The translations under genes were made by a program, and so were the position numbers. From contig CABZHT010000003.1 in the NCBI GenBank assembly GCA_902525615.1, positions 37,906 to 101,905 on the forward strand: a DNA stretch of 64,000 bases. The letters are read 5' to 3'. Positions within the stretch are counted from its first letter, which is position 1; each line of letters opens with the position of its first letter. The stretch is from an uncultured Fidelibacterota bacterium. GTDB lineage: Bacteria > Fidelibacterota > Marinisomatia > Marinisomatales > Marinisomataceae. The notes beneath the pieces were generated by a model. It saw nothing but the letters and a program-made list of their open reading frames with translations. It had not been told where the DNA came from and did no database searches. Positions 41,745 through 50,330 of the stretch are shown here, piece by piece.

Positions 41745-42359
41745 ATGGCAAAATTAAATATACCTAAAGGGAAGTTAGTTAGAAAACTTGGAGTAAATAT
41801 TTTCGGAAATCCTAAGTTTGATAGATTGTTATCAAAAAAAGGGTATGGTCCAGGACAGCATGGTAAGTCTGGTAAAAGATTCTCCACATATTCTGTTCAG
41901 TTAAAAGAAAAACAAAAAATTAAATTTACTTATGGAATGCTTGAAAAACAGTTTAGGAACTATTTTGAAAAAGCTTCTCAAATGAAAGGTGAAACTGGAC
42001 TTAATCTTCTTGTTATGCTTGAATCTAGATTAGATAATGTAATATATAAGCTAGGTTTTGCTCCGACGAGACCAGCTGCAAGACAGTTAGTTAGTCATGG
42101 TCATTTTTTAGTAAATAATAAAAAAGTTAATATTGCTTCGTTTAGATTAAAGCCTGGCGATTTAGTTACAGTAAGAGATAAGAGTAAAAAATTAGATATT
42201 ATTTTAAATGCTATTAAAATGGTAAAAGGCGATTTAAACATTTCATGGTTATCTGTCGATAAGGCAAAAATGGAAGGAACATTTGTTAGTTTTCCAGAAC
42301 GAGATGAAATTGATTTAACTATGAACGAACAATTAGTTGTTGAATACTATTCAAGATAA
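41745..42359 (+). CDS. rpsD: 30S ribosomal protein S4
   Basis: YGMLEKQFRNYF, S4 RNA-binding domain RLDNVIYKLGFAPTRPAARQLVSHGHFLVN. Confidence 0.96.
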   Translation: MAKLNIPKGKLVRKLGVNIFGNPKFDRLLSKKGYGPGQHGKSGKRFSTYSVQLKEKQKIKFTYGMLEKQFRNYFEKASQMKGETGLNLLVMLESRLDNVIYKLGFAPTRPAARQLVSHGHFLVNNKKVNIASFRLKPGDLVTVRDKSKKLDIILNAIKMVKGDLNISWLSVDKAKMEGTFVSFPERDEIDLTMNEQLVVEYYSR

Positions 42360-42369
42360 AGGAAGAGAT

Positions 42370-43335
42370 ATGAGTAACGATTTAAAATTTAAAATTTCAC
42401 ATAAAGTTACTGGAGATAATTCTAGTAATTTTACTATTAAACCTTTAGATAGGGGTTATGGAATTACTATCGGTAATTCTTTAAGAAGAGCTCTTCTTAC
42501 GGCTGTGCCTGGCGCGGCAATTACTAATGTTAAAATTGAAGGTGCTCATCATGAATTTTCCACTATTGACGGGGTAACAGAGGACGTTGCTGATTTTATA
42601 ATGAATTTAAAAGGCGTACGTTTTCATTTGTTTGAGAGTAAAATTGAACCAATATTTTTAAAAGTTAAAGGTCCTAATGCTTTTACAGCTGCTGATATTC
42701 AGGCTGTTAGCGATGATTTCACTATTTTAAATCCAGATCATCATATCACAGATATTGCTAAAGGTACAATACTTGAAGTTGAATTGAGACTTGGAATTGG
42801 AAAGGGTTATAAATCAAGCGAGGAGAATAAATTAAATAACTCCCCAGTTGGGATGATACCTATAGATAGTATTTTTAATCCAGTGACAAAAGTTTCTTTT
42901 AATGTTTCTCCGCTTCCAGGAGCAAAAGAAGACACAGAAATGCTTTCATTAAACGTAACAACAGATGGATCAATTACTCCGATTGATGCAGTAAGTTATT
43001 GTTCATCTGTTTTATCAGAGCATTATAATATTATTAACTCAATAAGTAATCCATCAATTCTTGAAATAGATAAACCTGTAAGTGAAGAAATTCTACAAAT
43101 TCGTAAACTTCTAGAATCATCTATTGATGAAATGGAACTTTCAGTAAGAAGTCACAATTGTCTAGAAGCAGCAGGTATTACTTTAATTGGTGAACTTGTT
43201 GATAAGGATGAAGCTGAAATGCTTGAGTATAAGAATTTCGGAAGAAAGTCATTAAATGAGCTTATTGAAAAACTTGAAACAATGGGATTAAAGTTCGGAA
43301 TGGATACTAGTCCTTACACCGAAGACGAAGCATAA
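42370..43335 (+). CDS. rpoA: DNA-directed RNA polymerase subunit alpha
   Basis: Start trimmed to MSNDLKFKI; GYGITIGNSLRRALL; C-terminal domain ELSVRSHNCLEAAGITLIGELV. Confidence 0.96.
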   Translation: MSNDLKFKISHKVTGDNSSNFTIKPLDRGYGITIGNSLRRALLTAVPGAAITNVKIEGAHHEFSTIDGVTEDVADFIMNLKGVRFHLFESKIEPIFLKVKGPNAFTAADIQAVSDDFTILNPDHHITDIAKGTILEVELRLGIGKGYKSSEENKLNNSPVGMIPIDSIFNPVTKVSFNVSPLPGAKEDTEMLSLNVTTDGSITPIDAVSYCSSVLSEHYNIINSISNPSILEIDKPVSEEILQIRKLLESSIDEMELSVRSHNCLEAAGITLIGELVDKDEAEMLEYKNFGRKSLNELIEKLETMGLKFGMDTSPYTEDEA

Positions 43336-43760
43336 TGAGAAAAAGAATATCATCAAGAAAGTTTGGTAAATTATCTGCACATAGAAAAGCTATGATGTCC
43401 AACCTTGCTAGTTCATTAATTGAACACAAACGCATTAAGACAACGCATCAAAAAGCTCTAGAACTAAGAAAATTTATTGAACCAATGATTACAAAAGCTA
43501 AAAATCATACTGTTCATAATAGGCGTGAAGTTTTGAAAAAAATTCACAATGATGATGCAGTTAAGACTCTTTTTGATGTAATTGCTCCGAGCTACACTGA
43601 TAGACCTGGAGGTTATACTAGAATTATCAAGCTTGGATCAAGAGTAAATGATGCAGCTAAAATATCTTTTATTGAATTCGTAGACAAATTTAATTTTGAT
43701 ACTGAAGAAGTAGTAGATGTTAGTGAAGACTCTTCGGCTGAAGAAGAAGTTAAAGAATAA
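43335..43760 (+). CDS. rplQ: 50S ribosomal protein L17
   Basis: MRKRISSRKFGKLSAHRKAMMSNLASSLIEHKRIKTT, GGYTRIIKLG; acidic tail. Confidence 0.96.
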   Translation: MRKRISSRKFGKLSAHRKAMMSNLASSLIEHKRIKTTHQKALELRKFIEPMITKAKNHTVHNRREVLKKIHNDDAVKTLFDVIAPSYTDRPGGYTRIIKLGSRVNDAAKISFIEFVDKFNFDTEEVVDVSEDSSAEEEVKE

Positions 43761-44198
43761 TTAAATTTCTTTAATAATTTCTACTAAGTATTTCTCATCA
43801 ATTTCACTAAAAGCATTGTATATGTTTGAATCAACATCCAAAACATATTTTATGTCGTCAATATCAAAGGGAATGCAAAGCTCTGATTTGCTATCTTTAT
43901 CACATACAATGTGACCTTGAAAAGTGTTTACATCTTCAATATTTAAAATTTTATTTTTTAAAATTGCAGTACCACATACACCATTAAATTCAATAGGACT
44001 GCAAGGTATTTTGTTTGCACTATATTCTGATACGAGTAGTTTATCATTTTCTTGCAAATAAAAACCGCAAAAAATCCAACTATCAAATGATTCAAAAAGA
44101 AATTTTGAGATAAATTTAAGCTTATTACTTTTAGATGTGCTTTTAACACTTTCGATACATTTTATATATATTTTTTCTTTATTTTTAGATGATAACAT
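43761..44198 (-). CDS. msrC: GAF-domain protein, free methionine-(R)-sulfoxide reductase (MsrC/YebR) family
   Basis: WIFCGFYLQENDKLLV...GVCGTAILKNKILNIEDVNTFQGHIVCDKDSKSELCIPF parallels E. coli YebR (WAGFYLLEDDTLVL...GVCGTAV...GHIACDAASNSEIVLPL, recalled from memory). Confidence 0.72.
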   Translation of the reverse strand: MLSSKNKEKIYIKCIESVKSTSKSNKLKFISKFLFESFDSWIFCGFYLQENDKLLVSEYSANKIPCSPIEFNGVCGTAILKNKILNIEDVNTFQGHIVCDKDSKSELCIPFDIDDIKYVLDVDSNIYNAFSEIDEKYLVEIIKEI

Positions 44199-44210
44199 TA
44201 TTCTAAAAAT

Positions 44211-45131
44211 ATGAAAAATATCAAAAAACCAATAATCATTTCTGGTATACCTAGATCTGGAACAACTCCCTTAGGTAGTGTAATATCATCTATTAAAGGT
44301 TTTTCGATGATTTACGAGCCATTTAACGCGAATCAAGGCATAATTGATGTTCAATTCAATTACCCTTATCCTGGCAAGAATATTTCTGTTGAAGAATTCC
44401 AATCGATTTTTAAAAATCTTGTACAATTTAAATCTAGTTTTAACAAAGGATATTTAAAGAATGATAGTTTAGCGAAAAGAATTTTTAAAACTTTCTTTGG
44501 GAATGAAAGCTCTTTATCCTATTTCAGGGCTAAAAAAAACTCAAGTGCTAATCAATTATTGATAAAAGATCCATTTTTATTATTTAGTTCAAAAGAGCTA
44601 TGCTTAAATCATAAAGTGATAATTTGTCACAGACCTTTACTGCCTCTAGCTTCTAGTTTCAAAAGAATGAAGTGGGACTTTAAAGAGTTTGAAGATTTAA
44701 TAAATTTTTTTCCACTAAACAGTATAAAATCTTACAGGTTTAAAGCTAGTAATAAAATATCAAGCAATGTAATAGGAGCAATACAGTTCTATGAATTGTT
44801 TTACCATTATATAAACAATATAAATCCAAACAAAAACTTATATTTTTTTTCACAACAAAAATTTTCTACTAATCCTATTGAAGAAATTACAAATGTATTG
44901 AAATGGCTTGAATTGGAGGTTTCTGATGAAATAATTCAACTTTCACAATCTTTAAATAAGGGTAAAAGTTCTCAGATTCACATTCCAGATGAAAGTATAC
45001 AACATGACAGCAATTACAATAAAAAATATAGTAATAAATATTACAAATCAGTGCTTACTAAGGATGAGATAGAATTGATTGATTCTTTTGTAGCGGAGGA
45101 GAGATTTGAACTCCCGACCTTCGGATTATGA
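44211..45131 (+). CDS. Sulfotransferase-family protein
   Basis: PAPS 5'-phosphosulfate-binding loop IISGIPRSGTTPLG near the N-terminus, then LLIKDPF; about 306 aa. The last 41 nt overlap tRNA(CAT) on the opposite strand. Confidence 0.55.
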   Translation: MKNIKKPIIISGIPRSGTTPLGSVISSIKGFSMIYEPFNANQGIIDVQFNYPYPGKNISVEEFQSIFKNLVQFKSSFNKGYLKNDSLAKRIFKTFFGNESSLSYFRAKKNSSANQLLIKDPFLLFSSKELCLNHKVIICHRPLLPLASSFKRMKWDFKEFEDLINFFPLNSIKSYRFKASNKISSNVIGAIQFYELFYHYINNINPNKNLYFFSQQKFSTNPIEEITNVLKWLELEVSDEIIQLSQSLNKGKSSQIHIPDESIQHDSNYNKKYSNKYYKSVLTKDEIELIDSFVAEERFELPTFGL

Positions 45132-45164
45132 TTCCGCTGCTCTAACCAACTGAGCTACTCCGCC
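45091..45164 (-). tRNA. tRNA with CAT anticodon (elongator Met or Ile2/lysidine type; not initiator-like)
   Basis: The reverse complement folds as acceptor GGCGGAG/CTCCGCT, D arm GCTCAGTTGGTTAGAGC, anticodon loop ATCATAA, T arm GGGAGTTCAAATCTCTC. It has a G1-U72 wobble and a G27/A43 mismatch. Confidence 0.8.
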
Positions 45165-45304
45165 ATAAACGGCTAAAGTTATATCACTCAGAATTAAATG
45201 TCTAAATTATTTTATTTTTTAAATTTTTTTAAAAAACTCTTTGCTTTTTTTTAATGTTTTGTAATTTCAATCATTGACGCAATAAATAGGAGAAAACTAA
45301 CTCA

Positions 45305-46645
45305 ATGAAATATAAATCAAAAAAATTTTTTTTAGACTCAGTTATTGATAAATACTCAGATCAAAAAGAATTCCATCAAGCTGTTGAAGAAGTAATACAT
45401 TCAATTTGGGATACTGCTGCTAGCAATGAAGAGTATTGTAAGTTTAATATTCTTGATCGAATAATTGTACCAGATAGAACAATTATTTTTAGAGTTCCAT
45501 GGATGGACGATAAGAATGATGTTCATGTAAATTTAGGTTACAGAATCCAATTTAATTCATCTATTGGTCCATATAAAGGTGGTTTAAGATTTCATCCTAA
45601 CGTCAATCTAGGAGTATTAAAATTCTTGGCCTTTGAACAAGTTTTTAAAAATAGTTTAACTGGCTTAAACCTTGGTGGAGGTAAAGGGGGTTCAAATTTT
45701 GACCCAAAAGGAAAATCTGATAAAGAAATAATGAATTTTTGTTATGCATTTATGAATGAACTTTATAGGCATATTGGTAGAAGAACTGATGTTCCTGCTG
45801 GAGATATTGGAGTAGGAGGTAGAGAAATTGGATATATGTTCGGTCAATATAAAAAAATTAGAAATTCATTTACCGGTGTTCTAACAGGAAAAGGCACTAA
45901 TTGGGGAGGAAGTTTAATTCGTCCTGAAGCAACTGGATATGGTTTAGTTTATTTTGTTTTAGAAATGTTGGAAACTAGAAAAGATTCCTTAAAAGGTAAA
46001 ACTGTTACAGTGTCTGGTTCAGGAAATGTTGCTCAATTTGCTTGTGAAAAATTAATTGATCTTGGCGCTAAACCAGTAACCCTTTCTGATTCAAGTGGAT
46101 TTATTCATGATCCTGATGGAATAACCCAAGAAAAAATTGAATATGTTAAAAAGTTAAAAAGAGTCAGATCAGCTAGAATTTCTGAATATGCTAAAAAATT
46201 CAATGTAGAATATGTTGAAGGTAAGCGTCCATGGTCAATTAAATGTGATGTCGCATTACCTTGTGCTACAGAAAATGAACTAAATCTTGATGATGCTAAA
46301 CAGCTAACTGATAATGGTTGTTATGTGGTTGCAGAAGGCGCGAATATGCCTTCAACAACAAATGCTGTCCGTCACTTTATCAATCAAAAAATATTATTTG
46401 GACCAGGTAAAGCAGCAAATGCTGGTGGAGTAGCTATTTCAGGTATTGAAATGAGTCAAAATAGTACAAGAATTCCATTAACTAGAGATAAGGTTGATGG
46501 TTTGCTTAAAGAAATCATGCAACGTGTACATAACACCTGTGTTAAATATGGTAAAAAAGATGACTTTGTAAACTATGTTGATGGGGCAAATATTGGTGGA
46601 TTTGTAAGAGTTGCAGATTCCATGATTGACCAAGGAATTGTTTAA
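45305..46645 (+). CDS. gdhA: NADP-specific glutamate dehydrogenase
   Basis: YKGGLRFHP, GGGKGGSNFDPKG, GSGNVAQ dinucleotide fold; 446 aa. Confidence 0.93.
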   Translation: MKYKSKKFFLDSVIDKYSDQKEFHQAVEEVIHSIWDTAASNEEYCKFNILDRIIVPDRTIIFRVPWMDDKNDVHVNLGYRIQFNSSIGPYKGGLRFHPNVNLGVLKFLAFEQVFKNSLTGLNLGGGKGGSNFDPKGKSDKEIMNFCYAFMNELYRHIGRRTDVPAGDIGVGGREIGYMFGQYKKIRNSFTGVLTGKGTNWGGSLIRPEATGYGLVYFVLEMLETRKDSLKGKTVTVSGSGNVAQFACEKLIDLGAKPVTLSDSSGFIHDPDGITQEKIEYVKKLKRVRSARISEYAKKFNVEYVEGKRPWSIKCDVALPCATENELNLDDAKQLTDNGCYVVAEGANMPSTTNAVRHFINQKILFGPGKAANAGGVAISGIEMSQNSTRIPLTRDKVDGLLKEIMQRVHNTCVKYGKKDDFVNYVDGANIGGFVRVADSMIDQGIV

Positions 46646-46668
46646 ATTAATTTGTATCTTATGCAGTC

Positions 46669-47871
46669 ATGTTGCGTAAGATTTCTTCAATAGATTTTAA
46701 GTCGTCAAATACGACATCTGGGAAAACAGTTCTTATTCGAGTTGACTATAATGTTCCAGTTGAAAACGAATTAGTCACTGACGATTATAGAATACTTAAA
46801 TCTATTCCTACCATAAAGTATTGCTTAGATCAAGGAGCAAAAGTAGTCTTAATGTCTCATATGGGAAGACCTAAGGGAAAAGTTAATAGTAAATTTTCTC
46901 TTATTCCTGCAGGTGAGAAGCTAGCTGAATTATTAGAAATGCCAATAAAATTTTCTGAAGACTGCATATCCGAAGATGCTATCGATGTTTCAAAAAACTT
47001 AAAAGATGGTGAAATACATTTACTGGAAAATTTAAGATTTTATAACGAAGAAACTGAAAATAATTCAGATTTTGCTTCACAGTTAGCTAGGCATGGCTCT
47101 ATTTATATAAACGATGCTTTTGGAACTGCTCACAGAGATCATGCTTCAAACTCTGGTATTACAAAACATTTTGCAACAAAGGGAATAGGTCTTCTAATTG
47201 AACAGGAGATGAAGTTTCTTTCTGAAGAGCTTTCAAATCCATTAAAACCACTTTCATTAATAATTGGAGGATCAAAAATAGATACAAAAATTGCTGTAAT
47301 TGAGAATTTTTTAGATTTTGCAGACAATATTATTATTGGTGGTGCTATGGCAAATACATTTTTGCTCGCAATGAACAAAAAAATCGGTATTTCTTTAGCT
47401 GAAAAGGATAAGGTTGATTTAGCAAAAAAATTATTAAAAGAAGCCAATAAAAAAGGAACCAATATTATCCTTCCAATAGATTTTACAGGAGAGCTTGATT
47501 CATTTGGGTCTGGTAACATTAATGTTGCTGATGCTAAAGATATTCCGGAAAATATGATTTGCGAGGATATTGGAGAGAAATCTATAAAGCTATTTACTGA
47601 TATTATATCTTCGTCACAAACTTTATTATGGAATGGTACTGTAGGGGTAGCTGAAAATCCTAATTTTGCAGTTGGAACGAATAGAATTGTTGATGCTATC
47701 ATAGAAAACCAATTAACTTCAATTGTTGGAGGCGGAGATACTGTAGCTGCTATAAGAAATTACAATGATAGTTTAATTGAACAGTTTTCCCATGTATCTA
47801 CTGGAGGTGGTTCATGCTTAGAAATGCTATCTGGTAAAAAACTTCAAGCATTGGAGATGTTAAAAAAATGA
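46669..47871 (+). CDS. pgk: Phosphoglycerate kinase
   Basis: RVDYNVP, SHMGRPKG, NDAFGTAHR, STGGGSCLE; 400 aa. Confidence 0.95.
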   Translation: MLRKISSIDFKSSNTTSGKTVLIRVDYNVPVENELVTDDYRILKSIPTIKYCLDQGAKVVLMSHMGRPKGKVNSKFSLIPAGEKLAELLEMPIKFSEDCISEDAIDVSKNLKDGEIHLLENLRFYNEETENNSDFASQLARHGSIYINDAFGTAHRDHASNSGITKHFATKGIGLLIEQEMKFLSEELSNPLKPLSLIIGGSKIDTKIAVIENFLDFADNIIIGGAMANTFLLAMNKKIGISLAEKDKVDLAKKLLKEANKKGTNIILPIDFTGELDSFGSGNINVADAKDIPENMICEDIGEKSIKLFTDIISSSQTLLWNGTVGVAENPNFAVGTNRIVDAIIENQLTSIVGGGDTVAAIRNYNDSLIEQFSHVSTGGGSCLEMLSGKKLQALEMLKK

Positions 47872-48608
47872 ATAAGAAAATATTTGCTGCAAACTGGAAA
47901 ATGTACCTTAATAGCAATGAATCCAGAGAATTCATGTTAAAAGTTAATGCTAATAAAGACCTTTTCTCAGAGTTTGATATTATGATTTTTCCAAGTCATA
48001 TTGCTATTAGCATTGTTCAAGATTTAGCCAAAGAGTTTGATAATATTAAAATTGGAATGCAAGATTGTGATGAGCTAATCTCTGGAGCTGTTACTGGTTC
48101 AAACTCTATTACATCTCATAAAGTAGATTCATGTATTGTAGGTCACTCTGAAAGAAGAACTATTTTTAATGAAAACGATGAATTAATTAAGAAAAAACTT
48201 AATAATTGCCTAGATAAAATAGGTTCAGCTATTCTATGTATTGGTGAAAAGTTTGATGAAAAAGAAGAGAAAAAAACTTTCGAAGTAATTAAAAAACAGT
48301 TATCTATTTTACCAGATCAAATTCGAGGAAAAAATCTTGATATAGCCTATGAGCCTGTTTGGGCAATTGGAACTGGATTAGTTGCTTCAAAGCAATATAT
48401 AGAAGATGTTCTTTCATATATAAATAATTTAATAAAAGAGTTATATTCCGATGAAGATAGGCCTAACATTCGTTTGTTTTATGGAGGGTCGGTTGACGAA
48501 AATTCTGTTGAAGATCTATCATCAATTGCATTGTTGGATGGGTTTTTAATTGGAAGTGCTAGCGCAGATTTTGAAAAGTTTAAAAATATGTTAAATAAAA
48601 TGAGGTAA
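47868..48608 (+). CDS. tpiA: Triosephosphate isomerase
   Basis: AANWKMY, VGHSERR, AYEPVWAIGTG, YGGSV. Confidence 0.95.
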   Translation: MNKKIFAANWKMYLNSNESREFMLKVNANKDLFSEFDIMIFPSHIAISIVQDLAKEFDNIKIGMQDCDELISGAVTGSNSITSHKVDSCIVGHSERRTIFNENDELIKKKLNNCLDKIGSAILCIGEKFDEKEEKKTFEVIKKQLSILPDQIRGKNLDIAYEPVWAIGTGLVASKQYIEDVLSYINNLIKELYSDEDRPNIRLFYGGSVDENSVEDLSSIALLDGFLIGSASADFEKFKNMLNKMR

Positions 48609-48609
48609 T

Positions 48610-48960
48610 ATGGTTCAATTTTTAATAACGATACATACAATTATTAGCATTCTTTTGATTGTGGTTGTTTTGATGCAATCTGGACAAGGAGGACTGAATT
48701 CTATGATGAGCGGTACAGCAAATTCTATGCTAGGATCATCTGGAGCTAATGATTTTATTACAAAATTAACAACAGGTTTAGGCATTGCATTTATTGGTTT
48801 AGCAATGCTTATAGGTGCTTTAAGTGGAGAGTCTAGTCCATCATCCAAGTCGATTTTGCAAAAAGATGCTGAATCAAGACAGGTTGATGAAATGATCCCA
48901 CAAGAATTTTCTCTTCCATCAGCGGGAGAGTTGATTCCTGAAGAAGATTCCTCAAACTAA
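48610..48960 (+). CDS. secG: Preprotein translocase subunit SecG
   Basis: Two TM helices around LMQSGQGGL; conserved tpiA-secG-tRNA-Leu context. Confidence 0.85.
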   Translation: MVQFLITIHTIISILLIVVVLMQSGQGGLNSMMSGTANSMLGSSGANDFITKLTTGLGIAFIGLAMLIGALSGESSPSSKSILQKDAESRQVDEMIPQEFSLPSAGELIPEEDSSN

Positions 48961-48965
48961 TTTTT

Positions 48966-49049
48966 GCCGAAGTGGTGGAATTGGTAGACACGCTAGCTTG
49001 AGGGGCTAGTGGAGGCAACTCTGTGTGGGTTCAAGTCCCGCCTTCGGCA
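48966..49049 (+). tRNA. tRNA-Leu (anticodon GAG), long variable arm
   Basis: Acceptor GCCGAAG/CTTCGGC, anticodon stem-loop CTAGCTTGAGGGGCTAG, T arm GTGGGTTCAAGTCCCGC. Confidence 0.9.
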
Positions 49050-49124
49050 CGAATATTTTTTTAACATTATTTTTAAAAGAATTATTAGATTAAGAAAAAT
49101 TTGAAATAAACATAAGGTGACAAA

Positions 49125-50330
49125 ATGAAAAATTTCATATTAGTACTTTTAACTTGTTCTGCTTTGTACGCTCAAACTTCGGCGGTTGCATTATATGAAG
49201 AATCTCAAAAAGCTCTTTTGGTTGGAAATATTGAGCTTGCTGGAGAAAAAATTAGAGCTGCAATTGAAGCAGATAAATCAAACGAGAAGTTTAGATCAGA
49301 GTTTGATAGGCTTAACAACTTAAGAAACAAGAGAAATAGCGCGAATAGAGCTGTACAGGATGGAAGATTTGATGATGCTATTCAAGGATTTGGTGATGTG
49401 CTTCAAAGTGTTCCAAATTCTGCAGAATCTTTATATGGAACTGGAAAAGCCTATGAAGGAAAGAAAGAGTTTATGACAGCAGTTGATTTTTATAAAAAAT
49501 CCCTTCAAGTAGATTCAGGATATGATAAATCTAAAAAATCAATCTCAAATGTTGCTAAAAAGCTTTATAATAGTGCAAATCAAGATTATAAAAATGGAAA
49601 TCTTGAGTCGGCGCTAACAAAATATAATCAAGTACTTATGATAAATTCTAGAATATACCAAGCTCATTTTCAGATTGGGGTTCTTCAAAGAAAAATGGGT
49701 AATTTATCGATGGCAATTGAAAATTACTTAAAGGCTTTAGATATCAAAAAGACGTATGATAAAGGTTGGTATAGTTTAGGTCTTGCTTATAAAGAGAATG
49801 GTGATATTGAAAATGCTATGAATTCATTTAAAGAAACAGTTCGTTTGAATAGTAAATATTACAAAGCTCACAAAAGTTTAGGGGATATTTATATTGACAC
49901 TGAAGAATTCGATAAAGCTATTTCAAGCTTTCAAAAGGCTATTGATGTAAAGCCAAATTATTCATTTGCATATCATTCGCTTGGAATTACTTATGCAAAA
50001 ATCGAAAATTATGAAAAATCTGCAGAAGCATTGTCAAAAGCTGTGGAAATTGCACCAAAAGAACATCTATCATGGTTTCATCTAGCGGAAGCATACAATA
50101 AGCTAGGTGACTGCGAATCCGCTAAAGAAGCAGCCTTAGAATCTACAGATCTGAAAAAGAACTTCGGTGGGGGTTGGTTTGAACTCGGCATCGCTGAATA
50201 TTGCAGTGGTTCAGGAAATAAAAATGCATCTATAAATCATTTTGAAAGAGCTAGAAATGATCGCGATTGGAGAAAGATGGCGGAATATGAAATTGATCGT
50301 GTAAGAAATCCTGAAAAATATGAGCAATGA
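49125..50330 (+). CDS. Secreted TPR-repeat protein
   Basis: Signal peptide MKNFILVLLTCSALYAQ and at least 7 TPR units (e.g. AHFQIGVLQRKMGNLSMAIENYLKALDIKK). Function not inferable. Confidence 0.7.
   Translation: MKNFILVLLTCSALYAQTSAVALYEESQKALLVGNIELAGEKIRAAIEADKSNEKFRSEFDRLNNLRNKRNSANRAVQDGRFDDAIQGFGDVLQSVPNSAESLYGTGKAYEGKKEFMTAVDFYKKSLQVDSGYDKSKKSISNVAKKLYNSANQDYKNGNLESALTKYNQVLMINSRIYQAHFQIGVLQRKMGNLSMAIENYLKALDIKKTYDKGWYSLGLAYKENGDIENAMNSFKETVRLNSKYYKAHKSLGDIYIDTEEFDKAISSFQKAIDVKPNYSFAYHSLGITYAKIENYEKSAEALSKAVEIAPKEHLSWFHLAEAYNKLGDCESAKEAALESTDLKKNFGGGWFELGIAEYCSGSGNKNASINHFERARNDRDWRKMAEYEIDRVRNPEKYEQ

Noticed and set aside
43761-45164. Possible genomic islet integrated at tRNA(CAT), comprising the GAF gene and the sulfotransferase
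   Set aside because: There is no integrase or recombinase, no direct repeat of the tRNA 3' end near 43760-44210, and no visible compositional break. It is more likely ordinary compact gene order.
45165-45304. 140-nt AT-rich spacer upstream of gdhA, checked for a riboswitch, sRNA or small ORF (for example the 26-codon ORF from the ATG at 45196, MSKLFYFLNFF...)
   Set aside because: It consists only of A/T tracts, with no G/C-supported helices, and the small ORF has no SD and a composition-driven sequence. It probably holds the divergent promoters for tRNA(CAT) (TTAGAC-N16-TATAAC on the minus strand is plausible) and gdhA, but the support is too weak to annotate.
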